Of a stretch of 64,000 nucleotides of DNA, positions 1 through 11,759 are shown piece by piece. Source of the DNA: the human T2T-CHM13v2.0 reference genome, Homo sapiens; NCBI RefSeq assembly GCF_009914755.1, contig NC_060931.1. One strand, written 5' to 3'. The notes beneath the pieces are model-generated. The model did no database searches. It was not told where the DNA came from and saw only the letters and a program-made list of their open reading frames with translations. The position numbers and the translations under genes were made by a program. The stretch's first letter is position 1. Every line of letters starts with the position of its first letter.

Positions 1-991
1 CTGAATAATCCTGTAACCATTAAAGCAATTGAACTTGTAATTAAAATCCTCTTGAAAAAAATCCCCAGGACAGTTGTTTTACTGGAGAATTTTACCAAAT
101 ATTTAAAGAAAAAATTGACACCAATTTTACACAATCTTTTCCATTAAACAGAAGATGACGGAATGCTTATCTACTCATTTTATGTGGCCAGTATTACCCC
201 GATACCAAAACCAGATAAAGACAGTACAAAAAAAAATTACAGACCAGTATTTCTCAATAGACACAAAATCACAAAACATAGACACAAAAGACATAGACAC
301 AAAACACAGACACATAGACACAAAAATCCTCAATAAAATATTACCAAGTTAAATAAAACAGTATATGAAAAGAATTATTTACCATGTCCTAGTTGGACTT
401 ATCCCAGGTATGCAAGGTTGATTTAATATTTGAAAATCACTCAATGTAATCTACCATGTCAACAGCTTAAATAAGAAATATCTTATGATTATATCAGTTG
501 AAAATAGTCTATGTAGAAATTACAAGAAATCTACCAAAAAATTTCCTGCAAATAAATGAATTAAGCAAGTACATGAGATCTATGACCAACACATGAAAAT
601 CAATCTCATGTATATATTCTAACAACAAACATACAGAGACTGAAATTAAAAACACAATACCCATTTACATTGCTCAAAGAAAATGGAATACTTAGGTATA
701 CACTAAACAAAACGTGCCATATATTTTTGCTGAAATTACGAAATGCTGATGAAAGAACTCAAAGAAGGCTTAAATAATTGGAAGGGCTTATCATGTTCAT
801 GGATTGGAATACTCAACACAGTAAAGATATATATTATTGTCAACTTAATCTGGAGGTTTAATACAATTCCTATGAGAATCCCAACAAGATTTTTGTAGTT
901 CTAGAAAAGCTTCTCCTAAAATTTATATAAAATGGCAAAAGACCTAAAATATCTAAAACAATTTTGATAAGAGTAAAGTAGGAACTATCAC

Positions 992-1371
992 TGTATTAGT
1001 CTGTTCTCACACTGCTATAACAACTTCCTGAGACTGGGTAATTCATAAAGAAAAGCAGTTTAATTGACTCACAGTTGTACATGGCTGAGGAGGCCTCAGG
1101 AAACTTATAATCATGGCAGAAGGGGAAGCAGACACATCTTACATGGCGACAGGTGAGAGGGAGAGTGTGTGTGAGTGCAGGAAAAACTACCATTTATGAA
1201 ACCATTAGATCTGTGAGAATTAACTATCATGAGAACAGCATGGGGCAAACTGCCCCATAATTCAGTCATTTCCCTCTCTTGACACATGGGAATTACAGGT
1301 CCTTCCCTCGACACATGGGGATTGCAACTCAAGGTGAGATTTGGGTGGGGACATAGAGCCAAACCATATCA
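992..1371 (-). mobile_element. THE1 (MaLR) solo LTR, THE1D-like
   Basis: Reverse complement runs TGATATGGTTTGGCTCT...GACTAATACA. 5-bp TSD atcac/gtcac. Confidence 0.88.
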
Positions 1372-2728
1372 GTCACTTTACCCAAATATTAAGGTTTACT
1401 ATATAGCTGAAAAATCAAGACAGTGTGGTACAAGTGAAGGGATAAACCCATAGATGAACAGAATCCAAAAGTTTATGACAAAGGTGCACACACAATTCCA
1501 TGGAAGAAGAATAGCCTTTTCAACAAATGGTGCTGGAACAGTTCAACATCCATAGGGAAAAAAAAATAGAGAGAGAACCTTAACCTAACTCTTATACATT
1601 TAACAAAAATTAACCCAAAATACACAACAGACTTAAACATAAAAAATAAAACTATACAATATTTAGAAAAAACATGAAAAAAAATTGGGACCTGGGGCTA
1701 GATTGAAGAGTTCTTAGACTTGATACCAAAAGTCTGATTCATAAAAGGAAAAATGATAATCTGGATTTATCAAAGTTAAAAATATTTATCTGTAAAAGAT
1801 CCTGTTAAGGGGATGGAAATACAAATTGCAGACTTGGAGAAAATGTTCGTAAGCAACATATCTGTAAAGATATGTAAAGGAACATGTATACATAAGGAAC
1901 TTTCAAAACTGAGTTTAAAAAGCAAACAACTGGCAAAAGACATGATCAGATTTGCCACTAATTAGGATATAGATATGACAAATAATCATATAAAAAGATG
2001 TGCAATATCATTAGCAATTAGGGAAATGCAAATTAAAACCAAAAAGCAGTATCTCTACACACCTGTCAGAATGGCTAAAATTTAAAAAATACTCATAACC
2101 TCAAATGCTGGCAAGGATGCAGAGGAATTGGATCACTTGTTCACTGCTGGTGGGAATGTAAAAGAGTATACCCATTCTAGAAAATAGTCTGGCAGTTTGT
2201 CCTAAAACTGAAACGCACTTAGTATATAATCCAGCAATTGCACTCTTGGGTTCTTAGAGAAGTGAAAACCTATGTTCACATAAAAACCTGTATGCAAACA
2301 TTCATAGCAGCTTTATTCATTCATATTAGCCAAAAACTGGATACAACCCACAAGTCCTTCAATGGGTACCCTAAAACAGACTGTGGTACCATCCATGCCA
2401 TAGCCTACTGGCATATTATACTGCAATAAAAAGTAGCAAACTATTGATACACACACTAGAATGTATTTCAAGAGAATTATTTTGAGTGGAAAGTCAATCT
2501 CAAAAGTTTACACACATTATGATTCCATTTATAGAATATTTTTGCAACAAAGTTACTGAAATGAAGAACAGATCAGTGGCTGTCAAGGGTCAGGGATTGG
2601 TCAGGGGGAGGAGATAAGCATGGCTATGAAGGGGTAGCATAAGGGAGCCCTGAGGTGATGAAACACTTCTGAATTTCTATTGTGGTCATACTTATGTATA
2701 ACTACACATGTGATATCATCACATGGAA

Positions 2729-2737
2729 CTACACACA

Positions 2738-2770
<33 letters not shown>
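2729..2770. repeat. (CA)n microsatellite
   Basis: Direct reading. Confidence 0.95.
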
Positions 2771-2772
<2 letters not shown>

Positions 2773-2773
<1 letters not shown>

Positions 2774-2900
2774 TACTTGTATACCTGGCAAAATATGATC
2801 TTGTATATTTGTACTTGTATACCTGGCAAAATACAATCTGTAATACAATACATGTATATTGTATATATATGTACTTGTATACCTGGCAAAATACAATCTG
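2773..2900. repeat. Three copies of the 23-mer GTACTTGTATACCTGGCAAAATA
   Basis: Exact copies start at 2773, 2811 and 2871, inside the L1 3'UTR. Confidence 0.9.
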
Positions 2901-4599
2901 CAGATTGTACCATTATCAGTTTTCTAGTTTTGATATTGTACTGTATTTATATAAGTTAACATTGAGAGAGGCTAGTGAGGGGTGTCTAAAACCTTCCTGT
3001 AAATTCCTTAGTAACTTCTTGTGAATTTATAATTATTTCAAAATTTAAAATGTTTTTAAAAAGCCATATTTGAAAAATTTTGAAATCATTCTGCTACTGT
3101 GCAAAACAGATTTGATGATGTCAATATTATTTTAAAAGTTGTATGCATTGAGGAGAAATGACAAGATACAATTCATTGCTCTACATGCAAGTAACTTGAG
3201 CAACTAAGAAACAAAGTAGGACAGAGTTTTGTAATCCTTACCTAGGCACTACTTTATAGCCGCATGAAATATTAACAGGTAGAAGGGTAAAATACATAAA
3301 TCATTGGTGCAGGAAGGATATTTAAAATACTTAATATCTTTTATGGTCTGGACATCAACCAATCAATAACAGATTCTGGGACCAACGAGAACAGATGCCA
3401 GCCACAACCCAAAATTTGGTACTGGTGCACGACAGTGGAATATCCATCCTACCTGATTTATTTTGGATAAATTGTATTATTTCCTCCACAAAAGATTTAT
3501 ATTCCTAAAATGTTGGTATTTCTGAGTACTTCTGACCCGAAAAGACTGGAAAGGGCACTATATTATTGGATGAAGCATATCTCAAAATGTTGCTAAAGCA
3601 CATCATGATTAATACCAGTCAGCTACAAAAGAATTGTTTCTATTAAGATATTTGAAATTTCATTTTTTACAAACATATATGAAATATCAGTACAAAAACA
3701 AAATCAATTTTTGAAGTTTTAGTACTTGAATAGTTAATACTGTTAGGATCTTTTTATGAGTTCTTCCTTGAGGAAAGATTCCAAGGTGCTTTGCAAACAT
3801 AATCTTAGCAGGTTTATCAGATTAGAAAGATAAATACTGAAAGGTAAAATTAATTTGGTCATACTTAATCTTCTTGAGAAATTAGGATCACTAATTATCA
3901 AAACAAATTTAATGAGAAAGGCCAAAGCTCCTATTTAAGGGAAGATAAACAATGTAATTTAGAAACAGAATCTGAAACATGAACACAAAAGTATGAATCT
4001 TTTAATCTGTGTGTCAGTTTTATAAAACTCATTTAAGAAATGAATTGAAACTAATTAGCGTTTTCTACTATTTCAGAAAGGCAACTTCCTTCTCCTGAAA
4101 AACATCCTGTTTAATATGTATTGTAAAGCATGGCGTATGCTGTCTTTGTTCATGCACATTTTGGACACTTTTTTAAAAAGATAGATTAATTAATTAGTTC
4201 AAAGCATTAGTTAATTCCAATTGAAATGCACTACTCATGCAGGTGAATGGGTTAAGATTATGTAATTTTTTTTTCCTGTAGTAACATAAGAAAACTCACT
4301 TAAAATTCATACATATTGAATACAGAAACAAAGCCACCCAGTTCATGCAGATATAACTTCATGAAAATTTAGAGACAACTTAACAGGTTGAAGGGGGAAA
4401 CCCCCCAGTGTATTACTCTCAGGCTGGAATAAGCTAGATGGATAATTTTAGCCTATATGGATTTGTTCATTTCCATTTTGCCAGGACATTCTATAGTAAT
4501 TCAAAGTTGTTAAGGTAGGATAACTATTCTGAATTTTTTTCCCAGTCATCTTCTATAGGGCTCATTTGCTGGCTCAGAGTTTTACCTGAAGGAAAGAAA

Positions 4600-4780
4600 A
4601 TGAGCAGTTATTTAGAATTTATGGTGCTAGTCATTGTGCTTCCAACATGTGAAGGTAAATCTGCATGAAAGAGGTACAACTCCCATTTACAGGTAAGAAA
4701 ATCTGGGCTCCCAGTGATTAAGTACCTTGCCCAAGAACCCACAGATTAGGGTTTGGAACAGCTTTTCCTGACTCCAAATC
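4600..4780 (-). mobile_element. MIR fragment
   Basis: cccatttacaggtaagaaaatctgggctc..aagtaccttgcccaag matches the MIR core in reverse. Confidence 0.6.
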
Positions 4781-6219
4781 TTAAACAATTTCTTCTCCTG
4801 TACATTATAGTGTGATCCTACTGGGTTTAATAACATTTCAACTTTAAGAAAAGAATGGTCCTACAAGGCTTAATTCACTTTTGATATGGATTCTAACCCA
4901 GCAATGCTCATGGGATGTCAGCACAGAAATGGTTGTGATTGAAAATATCTCAGGAGGATCCCATATTACCGACTCTGAGAGGAGAAATATGATGGGGCTT
5001 TATACACACTTTAACCAATCTTGCATCCAAGGTATTTAGTGGTTAACTGCTGTTTCTGTGGCATTTTAAAAAAGACTATATTGGCTTGCTAAACCGCACT
5101 CCCCCAAATACTAATATTAGAATCCAGTAGTAGGTGGAGACATTTTTTTCTGCCATGTAGACTGCTGCTAAAACTCCAAAAGTGTACAGAGCTATGACAA
5201 ATGCACAGAACATAATGACTTCAGTATTTCCAACCCTATTGTGAGAGAAGGAAGTATGTTTTTATGTTTAGTAGCAGTATTATCCTTTAAGTAAAAAGGC
5301 AAAATGATTGCTTTACTGTCAGTAGAATAAGTGCTTGTTTAATATATATTTGTACTGAGCCATCCATGTCCTGTTTCTCCTTAATACCAATGAGAAAACT
5401 TTTGTTAGTTTTTTCTCTAGTCTAGTTAGTATCCCCTCTCATCTCTCTTTCACTTGTATTCCTCTTATATTAATTTAACAGGAATTAACTTTACTCATTT
5501 ATGTAAACAGATCTGAAGGTGCAAACATTTCCAGATACATATCTACACATACACTACATACCTCCATACATTCATAAATAGTAAGCACACATATATGACA
5601 AAATAATATATAATCTTCAGTTATTAAAATATAAATTAGGATAACAGTGAAGATTTTATGACATCCAGCCCAGTAACATCCAAAATGTACAATTTTAAAA
5701 TTACTGCACTAAAATTTCTGCTACCAGATAGGATGGAGTAGCTTATTAGACATGAGAAAACAGAAAGCCTAGATAAAATGTAAAAAAATAAGCAGTTTAA
5801 AGAAATCAGAAACTAGCTGAAGCAGCGTGGTCTAGAAGGTCTAAGATTCTCAAAAGGGAACCCTGGAGAGGTGAAGGAAGAATTTGCAGCTGCTCTTGTT
5901 GTGTCTGGGCTCTTAGAACAGTATAGACTTGGCCTGGGAAGAAGGCCGCTGCTGGACATTAAAGAAACCAGAAGAGTGAGGAATCTTGAGGGACTGGAGT
6001 GACAAACATAGATGTGAGAGATTTCAAACAGTCAGTCAGTTATCTCCTGACATTTGTCAATTCTGGAACTGCAGGATCTAGAGGCAAAAGAGTTAAGCTA
6101 AATCTCCTGAAAACCACCTCCGATTTTTGGGAGGCTGGCAGTCCTGAGAAGAAAAATATTTAAAAATATTGGTGTTCAAGACCTGCCAAGAGTAGAGTCC
6201 CACACAAACATGGTAGGAT

Positions 6220-7445
6220 AGGGTTTGTCCTGTGGATCAAATTCAGCCCACCCCAATTTTTGTGTGGCCAATGGGCTAAGAACAGTTTACACATTTTCGA
6301 GTAGTTGAGGAAAAATCAAAAGAAGAAGAATATTTTGTTATGTGAAAGTATACAAAACTCGCCCTGGCCCAAGATGGCAGATGAGGCCACCTGACATGTT
6401 GTGTCTGAGACTCTGGCACTGAAGACTAATGCAGGACCCCAAGATTGGGAGTTGTGGGTGCAGTGATTGAAGGAGGAATATCAGTCCCTTATCTGGTATG
6501 TGGAGAACAACAACAATGGCGACAACGATGGTTCCAACTGGAGTCCAGCAAGGTAGGGACTCGGTGGTTTGGAAAATGTTGGTATATCCATGGCCTCCTG
6601 CAATGTGAGTTTGACGTCAAGTTTGAAATTCCTATCATGTATCTTACTACTGCCCTAGAAATTGCTGTCCCTGAGCTCGACAGAAAGACAGCAAAGATGT
6701 ACAGAGGTGGCAAAATTGCCTGACAGATCATTTCAAATCTTTGTGGGCCAGGAACGTACCCAAATTTGAACTAGCTCATTTCATGGCTCTGGGGCCGGGT
6801 CCATGGCTGGCAGTGAAAATCCCTGATCTGATTCAGAAGAGGGTATTCCAGCACAAAGAGAAATGTAACCAACGAAGGACCAATACACTGAGGCAGGGCA
6901 GAGGGACTTTTGATAGGCTACGGTCCTGTTCTCCTGTGTATCACACTTAACTCATCTAACTGCTTCCCGGGACACCTTCCACCTCTAGTTGACAGGAAGT
7001 AGCTGCAGCAGGATGGGGAAAAAAAAAAAAAAAAGCCAAAATACCAAACAGCATTGCTACGGAGTTTCTAAGGCTGCACAGGGAAGGGAAAGACTGGGCT
7101 TTGGAAAATCAAGAGGCAATTTTTATCCTCCCCTCAAGTGGAACAACATGTGGTCCTGGAGGCATGGGGGTAACTGGAATAGAGTACGTAGTCTTTCTGG
7201 TTTCAGGAGACAACCCATCAATAAAACCTGCTTCCTCTGCTTAAAAGAAAAAGAAAAAGAAAGTATACAACACTCAAATTCTGATGTCCATACATAAAAC
7301 CTTATCAGAACACATGCATGACCTTTGTATATTGACATATGGTGCTTTTGCACAATGAGTGCAAAGAAACTGGATGACCTGCAAAACGTTTTCTAAAATC
7401 TTTACCACCTGGCCCTTTACAGAAAATGTTTGCCAACCTGCACTA
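6220..7445 (+). mobile_element. MER58B-like hAT-Charlie element split by the UFC1 retrocopy
   Basis: 5' part (..ggctaagaacagtttacacatttt..aaaatcaaaagaagaagaatatttt) and 3' part (..ctggccctttacagaaaatgtttgccaacc) join into the MER58B consensus when 6361-7275 is removed. Confidence 0.75.
6361..7258 (+). pseudogene. Processed pseudogene of UFC1 (UFM1-conjugating E2), antisense to MAGI2
   Basis: Intronless CDS remnant 6374-6875 (MADEAT*HVVSE...WFGKCWYIH...[27 protein letters not shown]...HKEKCNQ) with two TGA stops and two frameshifts. 3'UTR, AATAAA at 7220, A-rich tail. 17-bp TSD gaaagtatacaa(a/c)actc at 6344-6360 and 7259-7275. Confidence 0.95.
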
Positions 7446-8750
7446 GGATGTTAGCTGAAAACTCTGGTGGCCAAACACTCAAAGAACAGGGCAAACTCAA
7501 CCCAACCTCACGTTGGCTCAGTTCTGGTTTGGATTAGGGTAATTAGCTTTCACTCTATCTGGCTAGCAGAGGAAGGGCAAATCTTTGCTGGAAAAAGATA
7601 TCATCATCGGAGCCTCCACATTTTTAAATACACATTTTATATGTATTCCTGCATTCAGAAAATTACTGTACTAACTTTTGTCTGAGCCGAAGTGTGGCAC
7701 ATATGAAGAATCATGACTTAACTGGCAAGTTCAATAGCAATCCATTAACATCCAGTGTTGTAAATAAGTAATACTAATCTATGTCATTTAAAGAAAAGTA
7801 AAACACAGGTAACAATATTACCTAAAAGCACTTTTCTTGGCAAGAAAACTTAAAATAGGTGTCCAGAATAATAACATTCTAACAAACTAGATGTTAGTTT
7901 CCACTGTAAAAACGGTCCGATAATATAAAGAATAGAGTCTAGGAATTATTTATTTTGTAGTGAATGAAAACAAATAGCAGTTGACCAAGTTACAAATCAT
8001 CCTGATCTATAAACTGAATTCTAGAACTTGTTTCTCAATGACATTTGGTTCAGAGGACACCAGCATCATATTTTAGGCACCTACCATCCTGTTAAGTCTG
8101 ATAAGCAGAGATGTGGGAAAAACAAATAACATTGAAATATTATAATTATGCAATATGTTATGCTTGCGTCTCTCTCAGGATTTTAAAATTGACTTTAATA
8201 GCTTTTTATAATAAAAAGAACAACTCAAAGGTGCAAGACAGCTGAGAAGTTCAATATGTCACAGAACTGCAAAATTGTTAAATTCACTTTAATTAGGATA
8301 TATTAAGGTTTTACAACTGTGGCATAAGTAAATCATAACTCCCAGTTAGAACAGGTCATGTTAATTTTCAGACTATCACATTTTGTAACACGTTTCATTG
8401 GTGTCAATGAAATATAACCAAATCATGCTTTAAAGTTCTGATCATACAATAATTTTATGGGATTCAACTGCATACAGTTGTACTATTATACAGAAAGGTA
8501 CAGATATGGCTATGAATACAAAATTAAATATAGACTAAAACTGGATATTTGTACATTTATATATGTTCATATAAATTATAATCTCTAATTTTTAATTTAA
8601 CTCAGTCCCTAGCCTGTGAACAGTTACCTTATAACATAGGAATGTGGACAGTATCTGAGAAAGTCAGAATTATGCTTGAAAAGAAAGGCCTTTTAGAATG
8701 AGACACTTTTTTAAAAGTTAACTTTTTAAAAACTTTGTTTAAAGTTCAAA

Positions 8751-8876
8751 TATTCTCTGCTGTTTTCTTCACCTTTAAGAGCTCCTCAGTGACAGAAACC
8801 TCTGAACAGAGCTCTAATAATTTAATCACATAAAGTATGTGAATGTGGTCAAATAATAAATCATCAGAGAGTATGC
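8751..8876. repeat. Unidentified ~126-bp direct repeat, copy A (partner 11305-11431)
   Basis: Nearly gap-free manual alignment; 66 of 79 identical in the core, including an exact tcaaataataaatca. Confidence 0.85.
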
Positions 8877-9604
8877 TATTGATCATCTTAGCTAAACTGT
8901 AAGTGCTCCTTTAAAATTAAACTCAATATTTTAAAAAATTAAGAGTATCATCAGTAACAGACTTCACCCACATAATTTATGAATTTAAAAACAAGGTTTA
9001 CATTCATCTAGTCCTCAAAATTATTTTTAAAAAATTCTTCACATGCACGAAAACGGTCTATTTTAAAGCAGGTCAATATTAGAATATTGAGAACTGGAAA
9101 ATACTAAGGATAATCTAAGACATTCAGGCAACTGGTTATTTTATTTAAATGCTTGATTCAAGGAAAGCATGTCTTTATATTTCTGAGTCCTTAATAACTG
9201 CTAGAATGCTAAGCCTTTCAAAACAAAATCAAATATTATAGTGCCACAAACTGTTTCTCTTATGCATCGTATCTGACTCCAATTAAAAGATCAGAGTCCT
9301 CAGAGCGACGTATTGCAAACAAAAAGTCCTTAGTAGGTGGTGGAAAGTCAGGCCAGGAGTCAAACAGAACCAACAGAGATGACAGAGATGTGATATTCAG
9401 CACAGTCTCCTCAGAGAGAAAAAGCAAAACCACATGGCCCTGCTGAAATGCCGAGTTAATTCTCTCTCTTATCTGAGCATTAAACATTACATCGTTAAAA
9501 TTGTTTCAGCTAGATTATTGCCTCTTCAGGTGAGACTCTCATTTAAGAAACACAAACATTCTCAAAGCACATTGCTGAAACACCATAAAAACTTAATAAC
9601 CTAC

Positions 9605-9684
9605 CATTTTCTTTGCACTCTTCTGGAGGTTTAGCCTTTTTCGCAAGTCGTGGATCCAGCCATGATGTTGTCTTTGTGTTATGG
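9605..9684 (-). CDS. MAGI2: MAGI2 coding exon (exon 6 by recall), 80 nt: [26 protein letters not shown]; second half of WW1
   Basis: Acceptor tcttttcttttcag|C, donor AATG|gtaggt. [12 protein letters not shown] completes the WW domain. Phase 2 start matches the upstream exon. Confidence 0.97.
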
Positions 9685-10414
9685 CTGAAAAGAAAAGAGA
9701 TCACTCTGAACAGACACATACTAAACGGAATCAAGTTTATTCCTTAAGAAAAAAAAAAAGCAGGGTTAGTCCAACAAAATTGCAATCGATACACTTAATT
9801 TGCTTACTGGTTCTAAGTAGCCCTGAAGGAGGTGTAAGAGTAATTGTGCAAGGCAGCTGTAAATTTGGCAACCTCAGCTCCCTGTCCTCAAAGCAGCTAT
9901 TTTTATTAAAATCAACTAGAATGTTGCCAAGTTAACCTCATTGAAAATGCAGAACTCATCCAGAGCAAAAGGAATTTATTACAAATACAGGATTCTCCAG
10001 TTGGAAGAGCACAGTCCACAGGCTCTGATAATGTTTCCTGAGTTTTGCAAAAGAATTATTTTCATCTTAAACCTACCCTTTTCATAAACAGTTGTTTTGT
10101 TACTCTTTAGCTACAGAGCTGGCAGAGGCAGTACAAAAGTGATGCAGATTATAGCATGTTCTTGGGATTCCTGCATTTTCTCAATAAGTGATTAATAGCA
10201 ATTTTATTAACTCACATTAAACTATCTTTCATCCAAATACTTTCAACCCAGCTCAGAAGGTAGGGGATAAGACTGCCTGCATTCTAATGTTTCTGAAATG
10301 GCATTTCCAGAAAGTAATGATAAAATAATATTTTTGAAAAAAATGTTTTCTTGTAAGAGTTTTGCCAGAAATTTAAAAAGTAAAGGAGAGATATTCTTAA
10401 AGTAGTGTTTTTTA

Positions 10415-10592
10415 AAGTGGTTGTGAAACAACCTGCATTAGAATTACCTGGTGGACAACGCATATTAACAATGCATATTCTGAGTCCTCAAAGAACTATC
10501 AAATAAGAATCTTTGAGGTGGGGCTACACAATCTCCATCACTGGCAAGCACTCCCAGTACTTCTTATGCACATTACAATTCAAGAACCACTC
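10415..10592. mobile_element. MER5-like hAT-Charlie fossil
   Basis: agtggtt...gcattagaattacctgg...gaatctttgaggtggggc...aagaaccact with terminal inverted ends. Confidence 0.6.
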
Positions 10593-11304
10593 ATGGCTCA
10601 CATAACTGCTCATTGGAGCTAAAATGTTTACTGTGTACAGCTGTCTCAAGGGATCTCATCTACCAATGGACAAATTATCAAGAATGTGACATTTATGAGG
10701 GGTTTGGGAAAAGAATGAGCAAAGGCACAGGTGTGGGAAAGTGTGAGGTGTTTCTAGGGAACAGTCAGAAGGCCAATGAATGGAACATGAAAGGAAGAAT
10801 AGAAGAGAGGATGGAAATAGAAATCAGAGCCAGGTAATAGGCATACTTTACTACAGTTGTAAGGAGGTCAAAATGATAATGATGATATAAATTTCACATG
10901 TATTCTCTTTCTTTAATGAAATTTAACTATATGTTGCCAATCATAACCATAAATGTTAGCTAGATAATCTGATAAACCAATCTGTACTTACAATGAAGTT
11001 TAGACAATTCACCCAGGCAGTATATTTAATCACAAGTGTGTAAAAACCAAGTTCCTTCTTAATGGAGGAACTTTCAAGCCAGGAAAGAGGGAGGATGGAG
11101 TCAAGATGAGTAGCAGAAAGCTATTCCGAGGTGTTAAATCACTCTTCAAATAGCATTTTCTGAATGATAATCCATCCCATCTGTCTAGGTATAGAGCTAT
11201 CTTTAATTTGAGAACTGTGACATAACGACCCTTGGGTCATGAAGTTTCTGCTCCTGAAGAAGATGCCATTTTATTTCTGACTTTCACATGGAATAAAGAG
11301 AAGG

Positions 11305-11431
11305 TATTCTCCATCACATTCTTAACATTTAAGGGCTCTTCGATGATAAATGCCTCTCAACAGGGCTCTAATAAATTGATCGGATAAAGGCTGTGAATTT
11401 GATCAAATAATAAATCAACAGGAGAGCATGC
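11305..11431. repeat. Unidentified ~127-bp direct repeat, copy B (partner 8751-8876)
   Basis: Same alignment as copy A. Confidence 0.85.
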
Positions 11432-11715
11432 CAGCTTTTATTTTTCCTCAATTTGACCCTTGTAAAGTCTGGTGGTGCTTCATTATCAAGTTTTAGAAGG
11501 ATATAAAATATTGCAGACACTTTCATCTGGTTCTGGCCCTCGTTTGCATGTCAATATAAGCTAGCTTTTCTTCTGAACTAAAGACTTGAAGCTTGAGGAT
11601 GCAGGTTCTGACTATTCCTAATGTGAGGATAGGGGCACCGGGTTCAGTGTTTGCTGCTCTCATTTTAAAAAAGAAATCACTTAAAAATGCCCTTTATAGA
11701 CATGCCTCCGTTCAA

Positions 11716-11717
<2 letters not shown>

Positions 11718-11758
<41 letters not shown>
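11718..11758. repeat. (TG)~20 microsatellite
   Basis: Direct reading. Confidence 0.95.

Positions 11759-11759
<1 letters not shown>

Larger units (their letters stand above)
1..3060 (+). mobile_element. Old L1 (L1MC/MD-like) ORF2 remnants and 3'UTR, interrupted by a THE1 LTR
   Basis: L1 ORF2 motifs (aaaaatcctcaataaaata; ttatcccaggtatgcaaggttgatttaat; ttcaacaaatggtgctgg; ctgctggtgggaatgtaaaa), heavily decayed. Confidence 0.85.

Noticed and set aside
2773-2900. Three identical 23-mers with differing spacers, superficially CRISPR-like
   Set aside because: Human intronic DNA inside an L1 3'UTR. Spacers are 15 and 37 bp and resemble the repeat and each other, and there are no cas genes.
6445-6950. 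ORFs 6445..6723 and 6741..6950 as functional UFC1-like proteins
   Set aside because: They are frameshifted pseudogene fragments with non-ATG starts, and the catalytic Cys is out of frame.
8772-8812. Possible 41-nt exon (ttattag|AGCTC..AAAG|gtgaag) in repeat copy A
   Set aside because: It has no polypyrimidine tract, a weak donor, is not frame-preserving, and the donor context is not kept in copy B.
8751-8876. snoRNA or SECIS interpretation of the duplicated block
   Set aside because: No C/D or H/ACA boxes are conserved in both copies on the host strand, and the stem is too short for SECIS.
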